The translations under genes were made by a program, and so were the position numbers. Shown here one piece after another: positions 36,180-49,004 of a stretch of DNA of 64,000 nt. Within the stretch, counting starts at the first letter, position 1; each line of letters begins with the position of its first letter. Under the pieces are notes generated by a model. The model searched no databases. It had not been told where the DNA came from and worked only from the letters and a program-made list of their open reading frames with translations. Location: positions 66,464,001 to 66,528,000 of the forward strand of contig NC_043001.1 in assembly GCF_006345805.1 (NCBI RefSeq), given 5' to 3'. This DNA comes from Octopus sinensis. Taxonomy: Eukaryota.

Positions 36180-36720
36180 ATATAACTAAATACTAAAGAA
36201 TTTAATTGTTTGAATCAAGAATTAGCTATGTATATTTTGATTTCTCTAAAGATATGACAAAGTTGACCATAACCTTTTATAGCGGAGGGTGAGAAAATAA
36301 GGTTGGACATTTAGTTGTCTGATTTCATTAAAGACCAATACCAAATGGTGGTAGAAAATGGAGCCCTATATGAAAAAATGATAAGGAAGTGTTCTTTGAT
36401 TTCTTCATTGTGATGTTAGATGTAGACAGCTGCATGCAATCAGCCATACTCAGCATCTAAACAAAGGTAAAGACTCTATAGTAATGCTGAAAATCATGAC
36501 AAAGAAGATATCTTTGTGCTCCAACACCTAGATACCATATAGTGTTGGGTAAGTAACAACATGTCCTTAAATGCCACAAAATCCTAAGCTCTTTGTAATA
36601 GAGAGAAAACATCCAGTGAAATTCTTTATCTTGCCCTGTACAATAAAAAACACTGAATTAATTTGTGATCTGGGTGTAACTATGTCATAAAAAGTCTCTT
36701 TTTACAATGACATATGCAGG
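36180..36720 (+). mobile_element. Old CR1/L2-group LINE RT fragment
   Basis: YFDFSKDMTKL (compare YLDFSKAFDKV) followed by DFIKDQYQMVVENG; degenerate. Confidence 0.5.
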
Positions 36721-37304
36721 GTGTTAATTACTGGCTGACATCTTAATGGCTGGGTATTGTGAAAGTTCTTTATAAAAACCAAATTTAATTAAAATAAAAA
36801 ATTTCCTTACATTCAAAACCTAATTTTCCAGAAATCAGATTAAATACATTAAACAATTTGTTCTCATTTCTGGTATCCCAATAATCAAGGTTTTGTCTAT
36901 TAACTTAAAATATTAAGCTTACATGGAATTATTACAACTTTTCTCTTTGGATTATTTTGATGGCAAGAAGAATTCTAGTCCCTCTCACTTTCCCTGAATG
37001 TGTGTGTGTCTGTGTGTCTATGTGATTGTGTGTGTCCGTTTGTGTGTATGAGAGAGAGAGTGCATCATCATCATTGCTTTAATGTCCACTTTTTTGTGCT
37101 TGCGTAAGTCAGGCAGAATTTGTTGATATGGATTTTTCTATGGTTGGATGCCCTTCCTGTCTCTAACTCTTACCAGATCTCAAGCAAGTAATATTTCTCC
37201 ATGACCAGACAAATTCACACAGAAGATTAAAAATGATTGACATGATGATACTTGTCTACAACTATTGTGTGAAGTTGAGGCCAGGAAGCAATAATACACA
37301 CACT

Positions 37305-37450
37305 TTCTTCCAGTTTCCATCTACCAAATCCATTCACAAGGCCTTGGTTGGCCCATGGCTATAGTAGAAGACATTTGCCCTGGGCCCAATACAGTTGGAA
37401 CCCAAAACCATGTTGCTGGGAAGCAAGTTTCTTTCTGCATGGCTGCTCCT
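37305..37450 (-). mobile_element. tRNA-derived SINE (OR/CORE-like family); further copies at ~20225-20345(-), 27690-27870(+), 39256-39430(+), 49200-49355(-), 56343-56490(-), 60926-61085(+)
   Basis: Shared GGTTCAGTCCCACTGCGTGGCA.CTTGGGCAAGTGTCTTC...GTGAGTGGATTTGGTAGA.GGAAACTGAAAGAAG body; the 49200-49355 copy is best preserved. Confidence 0.75.
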
Positions 37451-37498
37451 GCACCAGTACCTATTGTGTGTGTCTGGGGGTATGTGTGTGTATATATC

Positions 37499-39200
37499 AA
37501 TCATCATCCTCATTATCATTGTTTAACGTCCGTTTTCCATGCCATCGTGGGTTGGACGGTTCAACTGGTGTCTGGGAAGCCAGGAGGCCGCACCAGGTTC
37601 CAGTCTGATCTGGCAGTATTTCTACAGCTGGATGCCCTTCCTAAAGCCAACCACTCCGTGAGTGTAGTGAGTGCTTTTTACATTCCACCGGCACAGGTTC
37701 CAGGGGAGGCTGGCAACGGCCACGGTTGGTTGGTGCTGTTTACGTGCCACCAGCATGGAAGCCAGTCAAAGCGCGCTGGCATCGGCCACTTTCAGATGGT
37801 GTTTTTTATGTGCCACCGGCACAGGTATCACAGGTACAACTTCTATTTGATTTCTATTTGATTTTGATGTACATGACTCAAGCACAGCAGATCGCCCTAC
37901 AATCCAAGGTAAGCACAGCAAACGTCCTGCAATCCAAGGTACTTTGGATGGGCTGGGGCTGCTATGTGAAGCTGGTCCAGGAAACAGCCATGAACTCACG
38001 TTATTTGCTGGTCCAGGAAACAGCCATGAACTCACGTTATTTGCTGGTGCAGGAAACAGCCATGAATTCACGTTATTTGTCGGGTCTTCACAGTCACAGC
38101 ATATCTCCAGAGATCTCGGTCTTTTATCATTGCCTCTGTGAGGCCCAACATTCGAAGGTCATGCTTGACCACCGCATCCCATGTCTTCCTGGGTCTACCT
38201 CTACCCCGGATTCCTTCAACTGTTTGGGAGTGGCACTTCTTCACACATCTCTCCTCATCCATCCGCAGTACATGACCATACCAGCGCAAACATCTCTCTT
38301 GCACACCACATCTGATGCTTCTTATGTCCAGCATTTCTCTCGGGGCACTTCTACTCTGTCGTGTGTGCACACTGACATTACACATCCAGCAGATCATGCT
38401 AGCTTCATTTCTTTCAAGCCTATATATGTTCCTTGCAGTCACAGCCCATGTTTCTCTACCATGAAGCATGGCAGTTTGCACACATACATCATATAATCTA
38501 CCTTTCACTCTGAGCGAGAGGCCCTTTGTCACCAGTAGGGGTAGAAGCTTTCTAAACTTTGCCCAGGCTATTCATATTCAAGTGGTCACACTCTCTGTGC
38601 ATCCACCTCCACTACTAACTTGGTCACCTAGGTAGCGGAAACTATCAACTACTTCTAGTTTTTCTCCTTGGAGTGTGATGGAATCTGTTTTCTAAGTATC
38701 TGTGGTGTCTATTGCCCCTGTGCATCTGCCGCACATGAAAGCTATCTTCTTGGTTAATTTTCCTTTGTAGTTGCTGCACCTCTTATGTGTCCATAGCTTA
38801 CACTGGGTACATCTTATGGAGTTTCTACCTACACTTTTTCTACAGATCAACAGGGCCACCTACCTGAAGGGGTGTATGATGTGTTCACCCTTCTACTTAC
38901 TATAACTTTAGTCTTTACTACATTGACTCTAAGGCCTTTTGATTCTAAAACTTGCTTCCAGACCTGAAATTTCTTTTCTAGTACCGGTAGTGATTCTGCT
39001 ATGAGGGCCAGGTCATCAGCATAGAGGAGCTCCCAGAGGCAACCCGTCTTGAATTCTTCTGCTATTGCCTGGCGGACTCTGATGAATAAAAGGGCTGAAC
39101 CTTGGTGGACCCCTACTTCTACCTGGAATTCTTCACTATACTCATTGCCAATCCTAACCTTACTAACGGCCTCTCTGTATAGGGCCTCTACAGCCCTTGT
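37499..39200 (-). mobile_element. 5'-truncated RTE LINE
   Basis: EVGVHQGSALLFI...LYADDL (ORF 38847-39347), PHD-like cluster, ORF 38068-38532 RLRWYGHVLRM...GRGRPRKTW, 36-bp triplication at 37971-38078, (GAT)-type tail near 37500. Confidence 0.93.
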
Positions 39201-39207
39201 GTATATG

Positions 39208-39261
<54 letters not shown>

Positions 39262-39482
39262 CATGGTTGTGCGGATAAGTTTATTTCCCAACCACATGGT
39301 TTGGGGCTCAGTTCCACTCCGTGGCACCTTGGGCAAGTGTATTCCACTTTATCCCCAAGCCAGCCAAAGCCTTGTGAGTGGATTTGGTAAGGGGAAACTG
39401 AAAGAAGTTCATTGTATATGTGTGTATATATTTATATATACCACATATATTTATATATATTTATATTTATATATACCACAAC

Positions 39483-40421
39483 TGACCTAAGAAGCATCAG
39501 TTGTGGTGTGCAAGAGAGACGTTTGCGCTGGTATGGTCATGTGACACGAATGGCTGAAGATAGTTGTGTGCAAAAGTGCCATACCCTGGCAGTTGAGGGA
39601 ACCTGTGGAAGAGGTAGACCCAGGAAAACCTGGGACCAGGTGGTGAAGCACGACCTTCGAACTTTAGGTCTCACCAAGGAAATGACTAGAGACCGAGACC
39701 TATGGAAGTATACTGTGCGTGAGAAGACCCGGCAAGACTAGTGAGAACATAACCTGTGGCCTACATACCTTTCCTTCTTGGGACACAAAACTCCACTTGT
39801 GAAGACGCGTTGAGGCAAGTGAAAATCAAAATCAAAATCAAAATCAAACCAAATCAAATCAGATATCAGAAAGCAGAACCAAAATCGAAGTCGATCAACA
39901 TCAATGGAAATTACAGCTGTGGTACCAGTGCCGGTGACAAGTAAGCGAATCATCCGATTGTGGCCGTTGCCAGTGCCGCCCCGACTGGCCTCCGTGCTGG
40001 TGGCACGTAAAAGCACCATCCGTTCGTGTCTGTTGCCAGCCTCGCCTGGCCCCCGTGCTGGTGGCACGTAGCACCATCCGTTCATGGCCGTTGCCAGCCT
40101 CGCCTGGCCCCCATGCTGGTGGCACGTAAAAAGCACCATCCGATCGTGGCCGTTGCCAGCCTTGCCTGGCCCCGTGCCAGTGGTACGTAAAAAGCACCAT
40201 CCGTCCGTGGCCGTTTGCCAGCTCCGTCTGGCACCTGTGCAGGTGGCACGTAAAAAGTACCCACTACACTCACAGAGTGGTTGGCGTTAGGAAGGGCATC
40301 CAGCCGTAGAAACACTACCAGATCAGACGGCCTGATGCAGCCTTCTGGCTTCACAGACCCCAGTTGAACCATCCAACCCATGCTAGCATGGAAAGCAGAC
40401 GCTAAATGATGATGATGATGA

Positions 40422-40425
<4 letters not shown>
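39483..40425 (+). mobile_element. 5'-truncated RTE LINE 3' end
   Basis: DLRSISCGVQERRLRWYGHV... stop at 39741, minisatellite 3' UTR, GCTAAAT(GAT)n at 40401-40425. Confidence 0.92.
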
Positions 40426-40462
<37 letters not shown>

Positions 40463-40737
40463 TATATGTCCCTGTGTGAATGATTCACAAAATTGGTATA
40501 CTTCCCACTTGGAAAAATATGCTTTGCATAGGGGTCAATCAATGAAATATCTTTAAAATGAAATGTAGATCTCAACTAGACTACCTGTGACCTGTTGGGT
40601 CATGGAAAGTCTGAGTTTCCCAGCAATGGAGTTTTTTGTTTCATGAGGTTTTTTTCTCTTTTCTAGGTTATTTCACATGCTTTCAATGAATGTGACATCA
40701 AAATCACGTGTAAACAGCTCCTTACCCCAGAAAAGGA

Positions 40738-40854
40738 AAGATTTGGCTGCTATTTCTTGCACGCCCCGCTACCATGTAACAAGTATTTCAGATCCTTTAT
40801 CGCAAATAGCTGTTACATGGTAGCAGGGCGTGCTAGAAATAGCACCCAAATCTT
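40738..40854. repeat. Near-perfect ~115-nt inverted repeat (hairpin)
   Basis: 40741-40780 pairs with 40812-40851 at 37 of 40 positions; the inner TATTT/AAATA extends the stem; ~15-nt loop. Confidence 0.9.
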
Positions 40855-42059
40855 AGGAGCTGAGATACGTTGAATGCACTCAAAAATATTTTTGTAATGG
40901 TACTCCCTTGGAGCAATCTTTAACTTTGATTCTCAGAACTGTCATCTGGATCAGCTACTTTTGTTTGTTAATTTCCGTAAATTTTTTTTATTTATTTACT
41001 TTTTTCTTAAAGTGAAAGAGAGGAGAGAGTGAAAAATGTATGAGCATGTATATGAAATGGATGTATGTGTGTGTGTGTGTGTATGTGTGTGTGTGTGTGT
41101 GTGCACGCATGCGTTTGTGATTGTGTGTGCGTGTGAGTGTGTGCATGTGAGAGAGAGAGAGCGCCACTTACACATACACGAGAACACACCTGTTTACTTA
41201 CTTACTCTCTCTCTCTCACACACACATACACATGCACATATAAAAAGATGTATTCATATGTGTTGATGTATTGGTGTATACATGGCAACACACCCCTTCA
41301 CTCACTCTCTCTTTTTCTCTCACTCTTTCTCTTTTTATCTCTCTCTTCCTCTCTCTCTCTCTCCCATTCACACACACATCCATTTCATATACACATACAT
41401 ACATTTTTCATTTTCTCTTGGCGATCACTTTAAAACAAAAGTAAATAAAAAGATTTTACAGAAATTAATGAACTCTGAATGACAAGCAAAAGATTGCCTT
41501 TCACTTGAAAATAACTAAGTAAAAACATAAAATATATTGTCTGTTTATAGAAAGCTAAAATATAAATGCTTACTGTACAAACAAATTACATTTTTAAAAT
41601 CACATTCAGTTAAAAATATTTCTAAATGATAAAACTATTGTGTACATAAAAAAAAAATTGACGTTTTTTTTCCTTCTTAGAGAATACAAAGATTATGTGT
41701 GTGTATATGTCATGGATTGCAAATATGTGTTTGTGTTGATTGACAAGCCATGACATTCATTATATGTGTGTATTCTGTATGTGTGTTGACGTCACAAAAG
41801 CCATGTTTTTTTTAAGAAATGATAAACAAAAATTGTAGTTAATCATTTCCTTCATAAATAGATGTCCAAATATCACAAAAATTTGTTCTGCACAGTTAGT
41901 GTAAAAATAAATATGCAAAAACAATTAAGATAAGATATACTATTTCTGAGATATTTCAGGTATACACAAGCATCTCTAGAGTTTTAGTATTATTAAGATA
42001 AGTCATCACACTGCATATCAATTAATTCCATTCTGATACTGTCTCCACCCCCACATCAA

Positions 42060-43430
42060 ATGGTGTAGCAAACAATTTAAACTGATTTGCATGCAGACGA
42101 AAGTCAGCAAAGCATGATGCAAATTCATTTCTCAAATCCTGAATTATATTCACAAATACTTCTGAATCCTGTGGTTTCCTTTCTTACATTATGGAAAATG
42201 TGCATAATTTTTATTTCAAAGTTGATTTTCCCACAACCATAGCTTTTTCAAAGGCAACAATATGGTTATACATTTCATCTATGAGCTAAGTTTTACCTTG
42301 AATTTGTAAATTTAAGTTATTTAAATGAGTCACAATATCCACAATAAATGCCAAAGTTGCAAGCCAATGTGAACTATCCACATGTTTTCTTTTGAGAACC
42401 ACCTCTTTGTGTAAAGCACGTACTCTTTTTAGCGTTGATCCTCAGCTAAACCAACATATGTACATCACAGAAATAAGTAAGGTCACCATATTCTACCTCA
42501 GTATCTAGCAAAAACTGTTTAAATTGATGATGATTTAATCCACAAGATAGGATCAGATTCATGACCTTCACAACAATATCTTAAATTTCAATTGCTTGGC
42601 ACACAATGTATCTTGATGGATAATGCAATTAATTTTAAGAAGTTTATGTGATTCCAAGGCTTTCTGTATGTTTTTGCGATAGTGCAACAAAGCCTTTTTT
42701 TTTCCCTACCATTGCTGGGGCACCAATCAGTTGTGATGCTTTAAAAAAATCAAACTTCATTTCTGATATCATTTCCAACAAAGCTTCAAAGATGTCTGCT
42801 CAGCTGAATACATTCTTCAAATATCTGAAAAGTTGAAGTCACTCATCGCACGAAGACAGCAAGTTGTGCAGTGTCACTTAAGTCTGTACTCTTATCGACT
42901 GCAATTGAAAAATACTGTAATTCACTGCAGGTGTTGATTAATTGATTTTTAACATCTGCTAACAATTCTTCAACCTGCTGTGTGACTATCCTCAGAGATA
43001 GGTTGATAGTTTCAAAAAAAAAAATTTTTCTGGACAAACAATATCCAACACTGCCAATAAGCAGTCTTTAAAAACAAATCACCATCTGTAAAAGGTTTCA
43101 TCTTTTCAGGGATGCATTTTAAGATTTCATAGCTGGCAATTGTATTTGCCACATTTTTGCCTTTTCTGTTTTTTAAAGAATGACATTTGTTTTCCAAAGC
43201 TGCTCAGCTTCATCTTTCCTTGCTTGTCCAGTAAAATGTCCTAAAATTTTCACAATGGTGCATCTCGTAATGTCACCTAATATTTGCTACCTTATTCACA
43301 GCAATACTTTCTAAACATATGAGACAAATCAGATTCCCACAGTGCGCAATGAAGAAGTAACCTAATGTCCAATTTTCTTGGAAAATTTGGCATTCAGCAT
43401 CTACCTTTCTTTGTTTTGCATTCATGGTCA
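42060..43430 (-). mobile_element. Decayed hAT transposase (SPIN/Charlie, GTF2IRD2-like)
   Basis: N-terminal MNAKQRKVDAECQIFQENWTLGYFF...LICLIC...HYEMHH (BED-like finger) and FSIAVDKSTDLSDTAQLAVFVR (first catalytic Asp region). TIRs not located. Confidence 0.85.
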
Positions 43431-43757
43431 TTGAAATTTTTTCCTACAAATAAAATTAAGATCTAAATTTTAAATTTTACATTAGAATAATTCTTTTTTT
43501 AATGGCAGACCTTTTATTGTATTTGAAAGCCTTGTCTCATATTACAATTGTAATAATAACAGTTGGTTATGGTTAATAATGGATCTAGTCTTTCTCATTC
43601 ACAAAATGAGCCCTGTTTAATTTTGCTCAGATTGCTTTTCAATTTTGGTGTATCGATGCAATTCTGAATTTTGATTACGATCAATCAGTTACTTTATCTA
43701 GTAAATTAACGAATCTGATGTTATTTGGAATTAAAGATGGGAAATTTGGGTAATTTT

Positions 43758-43805
43758 AGCCAATCAACAGACAGCATGGCGTTTGCAGCTTGTTACCATG
43801 ACAAC
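43758..43805. promoter_or_regulatory. Candidate CCAAT box plus RFX X-box
   Basis: AGCCAATCA at 43758-43766 and GTTACCATGACAAC at 43792-43805 (X-box palindrome consensus GTTGCCATGGCAAC). Confidence 0.4.
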
Positions 43806-44924
43806 TGCATGCCGTGTTATGGTTCACTGTTGTCTATGTTTCACACTTGATTCTTCAAACCATGAGATTCATTTCACCCATGTATTTTGTTTTCATTTTT
43901 CTGTGTGTTAGCATATTACATATTTTTCTGTGCTTTTGTGTGTTAGTATTTTTCTGTACTTTTTCTGAGTGTTAGTATTTTTACATATTTTTCATTTCAT
44001 ATATTTTGGGGATTCATTGACTCAGCTGGATTTATGATTTCACTAGGTTAATTCTATTCATAAAAATTTAAATTAGGAGTATTTCTTAAACTATTAGCTT
44101 CACATTTCAACAGTTTAACTGAAATTTAGCTCCCATAACAGGAACTGTGGGTGATACAGATAATTTGACATTATTTTTGAATTATGCATGCAAAAACGTT
44201 TAAGATACAGGTATTCTTCACCTTGGGACAAATTCTTTGTTGATCAGTGTTATTCTTATCATAGTTTACCAATCCAAGCATGAAAATGTTACTCACCTTT
44301 GGAGTTTTGGAAACAGACGCCCCCTTTTCGCATACACACACAATAAAGAGACAAAAGAAACAGTAAGATGATACATGCTGACTTCGTTAGGTATTTCTGT
44401 TTATTTAGAAGCCTACACTGAACAGGTCAGACATTAAACTACAAATTTCACAGGGTACAACCTTAAAGTTGACACCAATCCACTAAATGCAGAAAATTTC
44501 TGTCTCACTATTGGCTATAAATACAGAGTTTTTTCGATTTTTAAACCTCTGTAACATTTTTTCCCAATTTTCTTCTCCACATCATACCTTCAAAGCAATG
44601 AGACTGGAAAGCTACATTATTATAGCCCATTTTCAGATTTTTTACTTCCTTTTAAAAAATGCATATTTTACAAATGAAAAAAACTAGATCCCTAATAACT
44701 TGTATAATGTGGGTGATAATGATGATGATGATGATAAAGGCAGAAATAGGTAAGTGTATGGGGGCAAGAACAACAAGAAGAAACAAATGTGATTTTAAAC
44801 GATGACAATAAATGTATTATTTAAAAGATACAATAATGAAATAAATCAGTAAAAGTCTCTTGTTGGAGAAGAGATGTGTAATAACCTAATGGAGAATTCG
44901 AGTGCAAGAAAATGAGTATTTGTA

Positions 44925-45915
44925 ACTTACTGATGTCGGTCCAAAGCCGCTTTCGCCACCAACACTTGTGATACAGGGCCCGATCTCAGTGCCTCTTCTA
45001 ATGTCATCACTAGATCCCTTTCTACTCTAGTCTGCTCTAGACTTAACTGCTTGCTAAATCTAATTGACTCAATCCGAAAGGCTCTTTTGAGGGCACTCCA
45101 CCACCGGTTTTTAATCACCGCGCCGGTTAGTGCCCTCTTAACTAATACCTTAATCTGGCTACGGTATGCCTCACAATCCAATAGTGTCTTGTTTAGCTTC
45201 CAATAGCCAGATCCCTGTCTATGTACCTTTATCTATATGCACCCTACATGTCACTAATTTGTGATCCATGTAGGGTACATAGGTAAATTGTGGACAAGTA
45301 AAACTAGACTTATCTCTAATACTTACCACTATCCTGTCTATATAAGACCTGATCGATCCGTCGTTTCTTGCCCAAGTCCACATTGGAACGCTCGGATTAT
45401 CAAGTCTATATCGATCTGCCAGCCTGAATCACTTCATCAGATCGATGAGGCATGAGTTACCCTTTCTATCTTTTGAGCCAACGCTATCCAAGCATCCAGT
45501 ATGGCGTTAAAGTCGCCTAACACAACTACTGTCCTCGATGTCACCAGAAAGTTCTCCAGGCGACGAAAGAAGTCAACCCGTTTGCCTGCATTCCCAGGCG
45601 CGTAGATGCCAACCAACCTGAAGGCCTTACCACTGTACGTTAGATCCAGACCGACCAACTTGCCTTCCGAGTCCACGAAGATTGTACGTGTCTGCAGAGC
45701 CAGGCTTTTCTGGATCAAGACTGCTACCCCTCTACTCCCTCCCTCATGGCTAGAAGAAATTATTTTCTCGTAGTCGTTCAGGAGGGTTGAGAAGGCCTGC
45801 AGCTTGCCCAACCTGGTCTCTGTAGCAACCATCACATCTATTCTGTGTGACCTGATGTTGTCGAGGAGGCAAACCTGCTTCCTCTTCGAGCCCAGGCCAC
45901 GAACATTCAAACATG
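44925..45915 (-). mobile_element. Tx1/L1-clade LINE ORF2 5' fragment (APE endonuclease)
   Basis: ORF 45437-45910: NVRGLG...VATET...SRGVAVL...LVGIYAP...VVLGDFNAILD are APE motifs; ORF 44927-45181 is linker (RWWSALKRAFR). Confidence 0.9.
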
Positions 45916-47461
45916 TGATCCTTTAGAAGAAAAATGCAATTTTTACAATGACTGCTAAAATATCAAGGTTTGTAAAGATGTAAAATAAAAAAATAATTGT
46001 AAAACATAATGTAAAACAAAAATGTTTATTGTGGTGGAGAAATTTTCAAGGTTAGTATTTAGGTATTTTGGTACAAAACTAAGACTCTATTGATTAGCAA
46101 CACAAATATAGTCTTTGTGACTTGTCCTTAGAAGTTGCTGCTTTAATTGTTGGTTGAAGTTTTACATATTCTAAACTTCTGATGTCAACAAGTGAACGTT
46201 TATATGGTCACTTAAACTGCTAGAAATAGGAACTGAATTCTGTCAAATCACATCACCATCATATCCACCACCACCACCACCACCACTACCATCACTAGAC
46301 TGCTGTGTTTGCATATGTGTTTATGTGTATGTCCTCTCACAAGAGATAAGAGTAGAAACATTTGCATGAGATGGGGTAGGGGGTTCTTCTCTGAAGACCT
46401 TCTGCTGTTCAGTTCTCTCTAGAGTTACTTACTACCTGCTGCTGTTATTTTGTATTAGACTAGTGCATGTGTGTGTGTGAGAGAGCATATATGTATATAC
46501 ATGTATGGTGTGTGAGTGTAGTTGTGTCATTCATCTTTGTGTGGAGTGTATGTGTATAAGTGTGTGTTGTGCGTATATTTGTGGATATGGTGTGTACATG
46601 CAAATGTATCTTTGTGTAATATATATGTGTGCATATATTTCTATGTGAAGGGTGTGTTTTTTGTAAGTGGGATATGTGTGTGTGTTGTGTATAAGTGTGT
46701 GTCTTGTGTTTGCATGTTATACGTAAGTGTGTATATATATGTGTTTATGACAATTCAATGGGTTATTTTCTGAGTTTTTGAATATACTTAATATATTTTT
46801 TAAGAAGAACATTAGACTTTCTGTCAAGATAACTAACTGGACACTTTCTAACAGAACTATTGAGTTGTTTCTTCAGTTATATAAAGTAGGAAGTATTTTC
46901 AACATGGCCTCCTCCCACATTAAGGACATTGATGTAGTTGCTGTTGTGGCTCAGGCCCCTGATCCCTACAAGTCACACTCCTACACAAGGAGCATCAATG
47001 TGGTTCATCATCATCATCCCCCACTATTCCTACCATGGTCATTTCAACATCTGCTTTTTCATATTTGTGTGGGTCAGACAGAATTCATGGTGGCAGATTT
47101 TTTATAGTTAACTGCTCTTTTCGTCATCAACCCTCATCCCTTCCCAAGTAAGGTAATATTTTCTCATAGTCAGACATATTTTCATGGAAAATTGTAAAAA
47201 ATGTCATCGTTTATATGATGGAGACATTTGTTTACAATTATCACATGCTGTCAAGACAAGGAGTACGCACACACACACACGCACGCACGCACGCGCACAC
47301 ACACACACACACACACTCACACACACACACACACATCAAACACACACACATACACACACACTCATATACACCTATGTGTGTGTGTGTATTCACCACTTAA
47401 AAACGGATGCTGCATTAGAACACACTCACACACACCTATATATATGTATGTATAAATATAT

Positions 47462-48570
47462 CCTTAAATCCTTTAAAATGTTTTAGCCCGAAGGCCGCGG
47501 TCATGCTGGGGCACCACCGCTGAATGAACTACAATAATATGTGAATCCACCTCTGATACGTAACACTTGGTCAACAAGGGAGTTTGATGCCGCTGCCCGC
47601 ATCTGTGTCTCCTGTCGTGAGGTAGGTTCATCTGGGACCCCCGACAAGAAGAGATCCAGTTTAGTTTTAAAGAAACCCACATCCACACCATGTAAGTCTC
47701 TCAGGCATTTAGGGAGGATGTTAAAGAGCTGTGGTCCTCTGAAACCCAAGCTGTTGCAGTATCTGGACCTGTATTTTGATGGTGATGTTGGAATCTTTGG
47801 CACCATGCAGTGGCGCCCCGTTCTGCGGTTGGGGTAACTTTGAATGCCAAAGTTTGGGACAAGACCCTCCAGGATTTTCCAGATGTATATCACCGCATAT
47901 CTCTCCCGCCTTCGCTCTAGGGAGAAGAGGTTTAATACTTTCAGTCTTTCCCAGTAGCTGATATTTTGCATTGAGACGATCTTCTTTGTGTAGCTTCTTT
48001 GAATTGCTTCGAGTTCTGCTGTTAGTTTTATATTGTGTGGTGACCATAGTTGGGAGCAGTAGTCCAAGTGGCTGAGGATGAATGTTTTCCAGAGGACCAT
48101 CAGTGTCTCCTTCTCTCTTATTCTGAAAGTTCGGAGAATCCATCCAGCTAGCCGTCTGCATTTTATCACCAGATTAGTAATATGCACTTGAAAAGATGCA
48201 TCATTGCTCATGTCAATGCCCAGGTCACGCACTGATTTTGACTCAGGGATTGCAATTCTTCCTGGGCCAGTGTATCCAGTCTGCACGTTGTTTACCTTTG
48301 TGTGACGGTAGCGCAGGGCCTGGAACTTACCTGCATTAAACTGCATGTTGTTGTCCTCAGCCCACCTGTATATTTTATCCAACTCCTGTTGCAGATGCGC
48401 AATATTTTCAGGGTTTTGTATTGTGTGGGAGACTTTTGTGTCATCTGCATAGCTAGCAAGGGTGGCCATCGTAGCAACTGAAGGCATGTCTGAAAGGGCC
48501 ACTATGAACAGCAGTGGCCCCAAGACAGTGCCCTGTGGAACACCGCTTGTTATTTGTGTTTCCTTGGAGG
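47462..48570 (-). mobile_element. 5'-truncated young CR1/L2-group LINE (RT 3' half in open frame, short 3' tail)
   Basis: ORF to 47501: GVPQGTVLGPLLFI...YADDTKV...DLGI...HLDYCSQLWSP...LERRRER...FKTKLDLFL. Open frame but lacks the N-terminal half; 5' junction is (TA)n. Confidence 0.93.
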
Positions 48571-48851
48571 TATATATATATATATATATATACATTCCCA
48601 ATTTTTAAGTTACTTAAAAAAAAACCTCGATTCAATAACACCATTTATAAACTCTACTGGAATGACCAATTTTAAATACTATTGGAACTTACACACAAGG
48701 TACAGGAAACTTATATGTATACCATTCTGCTAAATAATGGATCTTCAGATAAAATATCCCTGCATATCTCCCATCTGTTTTCATTCCTCCACTTTACTCC
48801 CTATTTCATATCCTCTCTAGAATAACTATTGCTTAACCATTTTCTCACACC

Positions 48852-48899
48852 GTCTCCGACGAAGGGATATATATAATATCCCGGAAACAGTTGTAAGAC
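48852..48899 (+). ncRNA. Type I hammerhead-like ribozyme variant in a PLE-type tail (~48590-48960)
   Basis: GTCT-CCGACGA-A-GGGATAT(ATATA)ATATCCC-G-GAAA-CA(GT)TG-TA-AGAC. All stems pair; the core has C at position 4 and an extra A/G pair at the base of stem II. Confidence 0.6.
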
Positions 48900-48953
48900 C
48901 TCTTTATAAATGTTCTGAAATCTTTCACAGCCTTGGATTTTTATCTCATTCTG

Positions 48954-48986
<33 letters not shown>

Positions 48987-49004
48987 CTCTTTTCTCTCTC
49001 TCTT

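Noticed and set aside
39200-39483. Twin-priming inversion joining the two RTE copies
   Set aside because: The copies overlap in element coordinates, each has its own 3' tail, they differ in post-stop sequence, and a SINE fragment lies between them; two independent insertions fit better.
47501-48601. 366-aa ORF as a host gene
   Set aside because: It is the 3' half of a LINE RT; the apparent start lies in a (TA)n tract.
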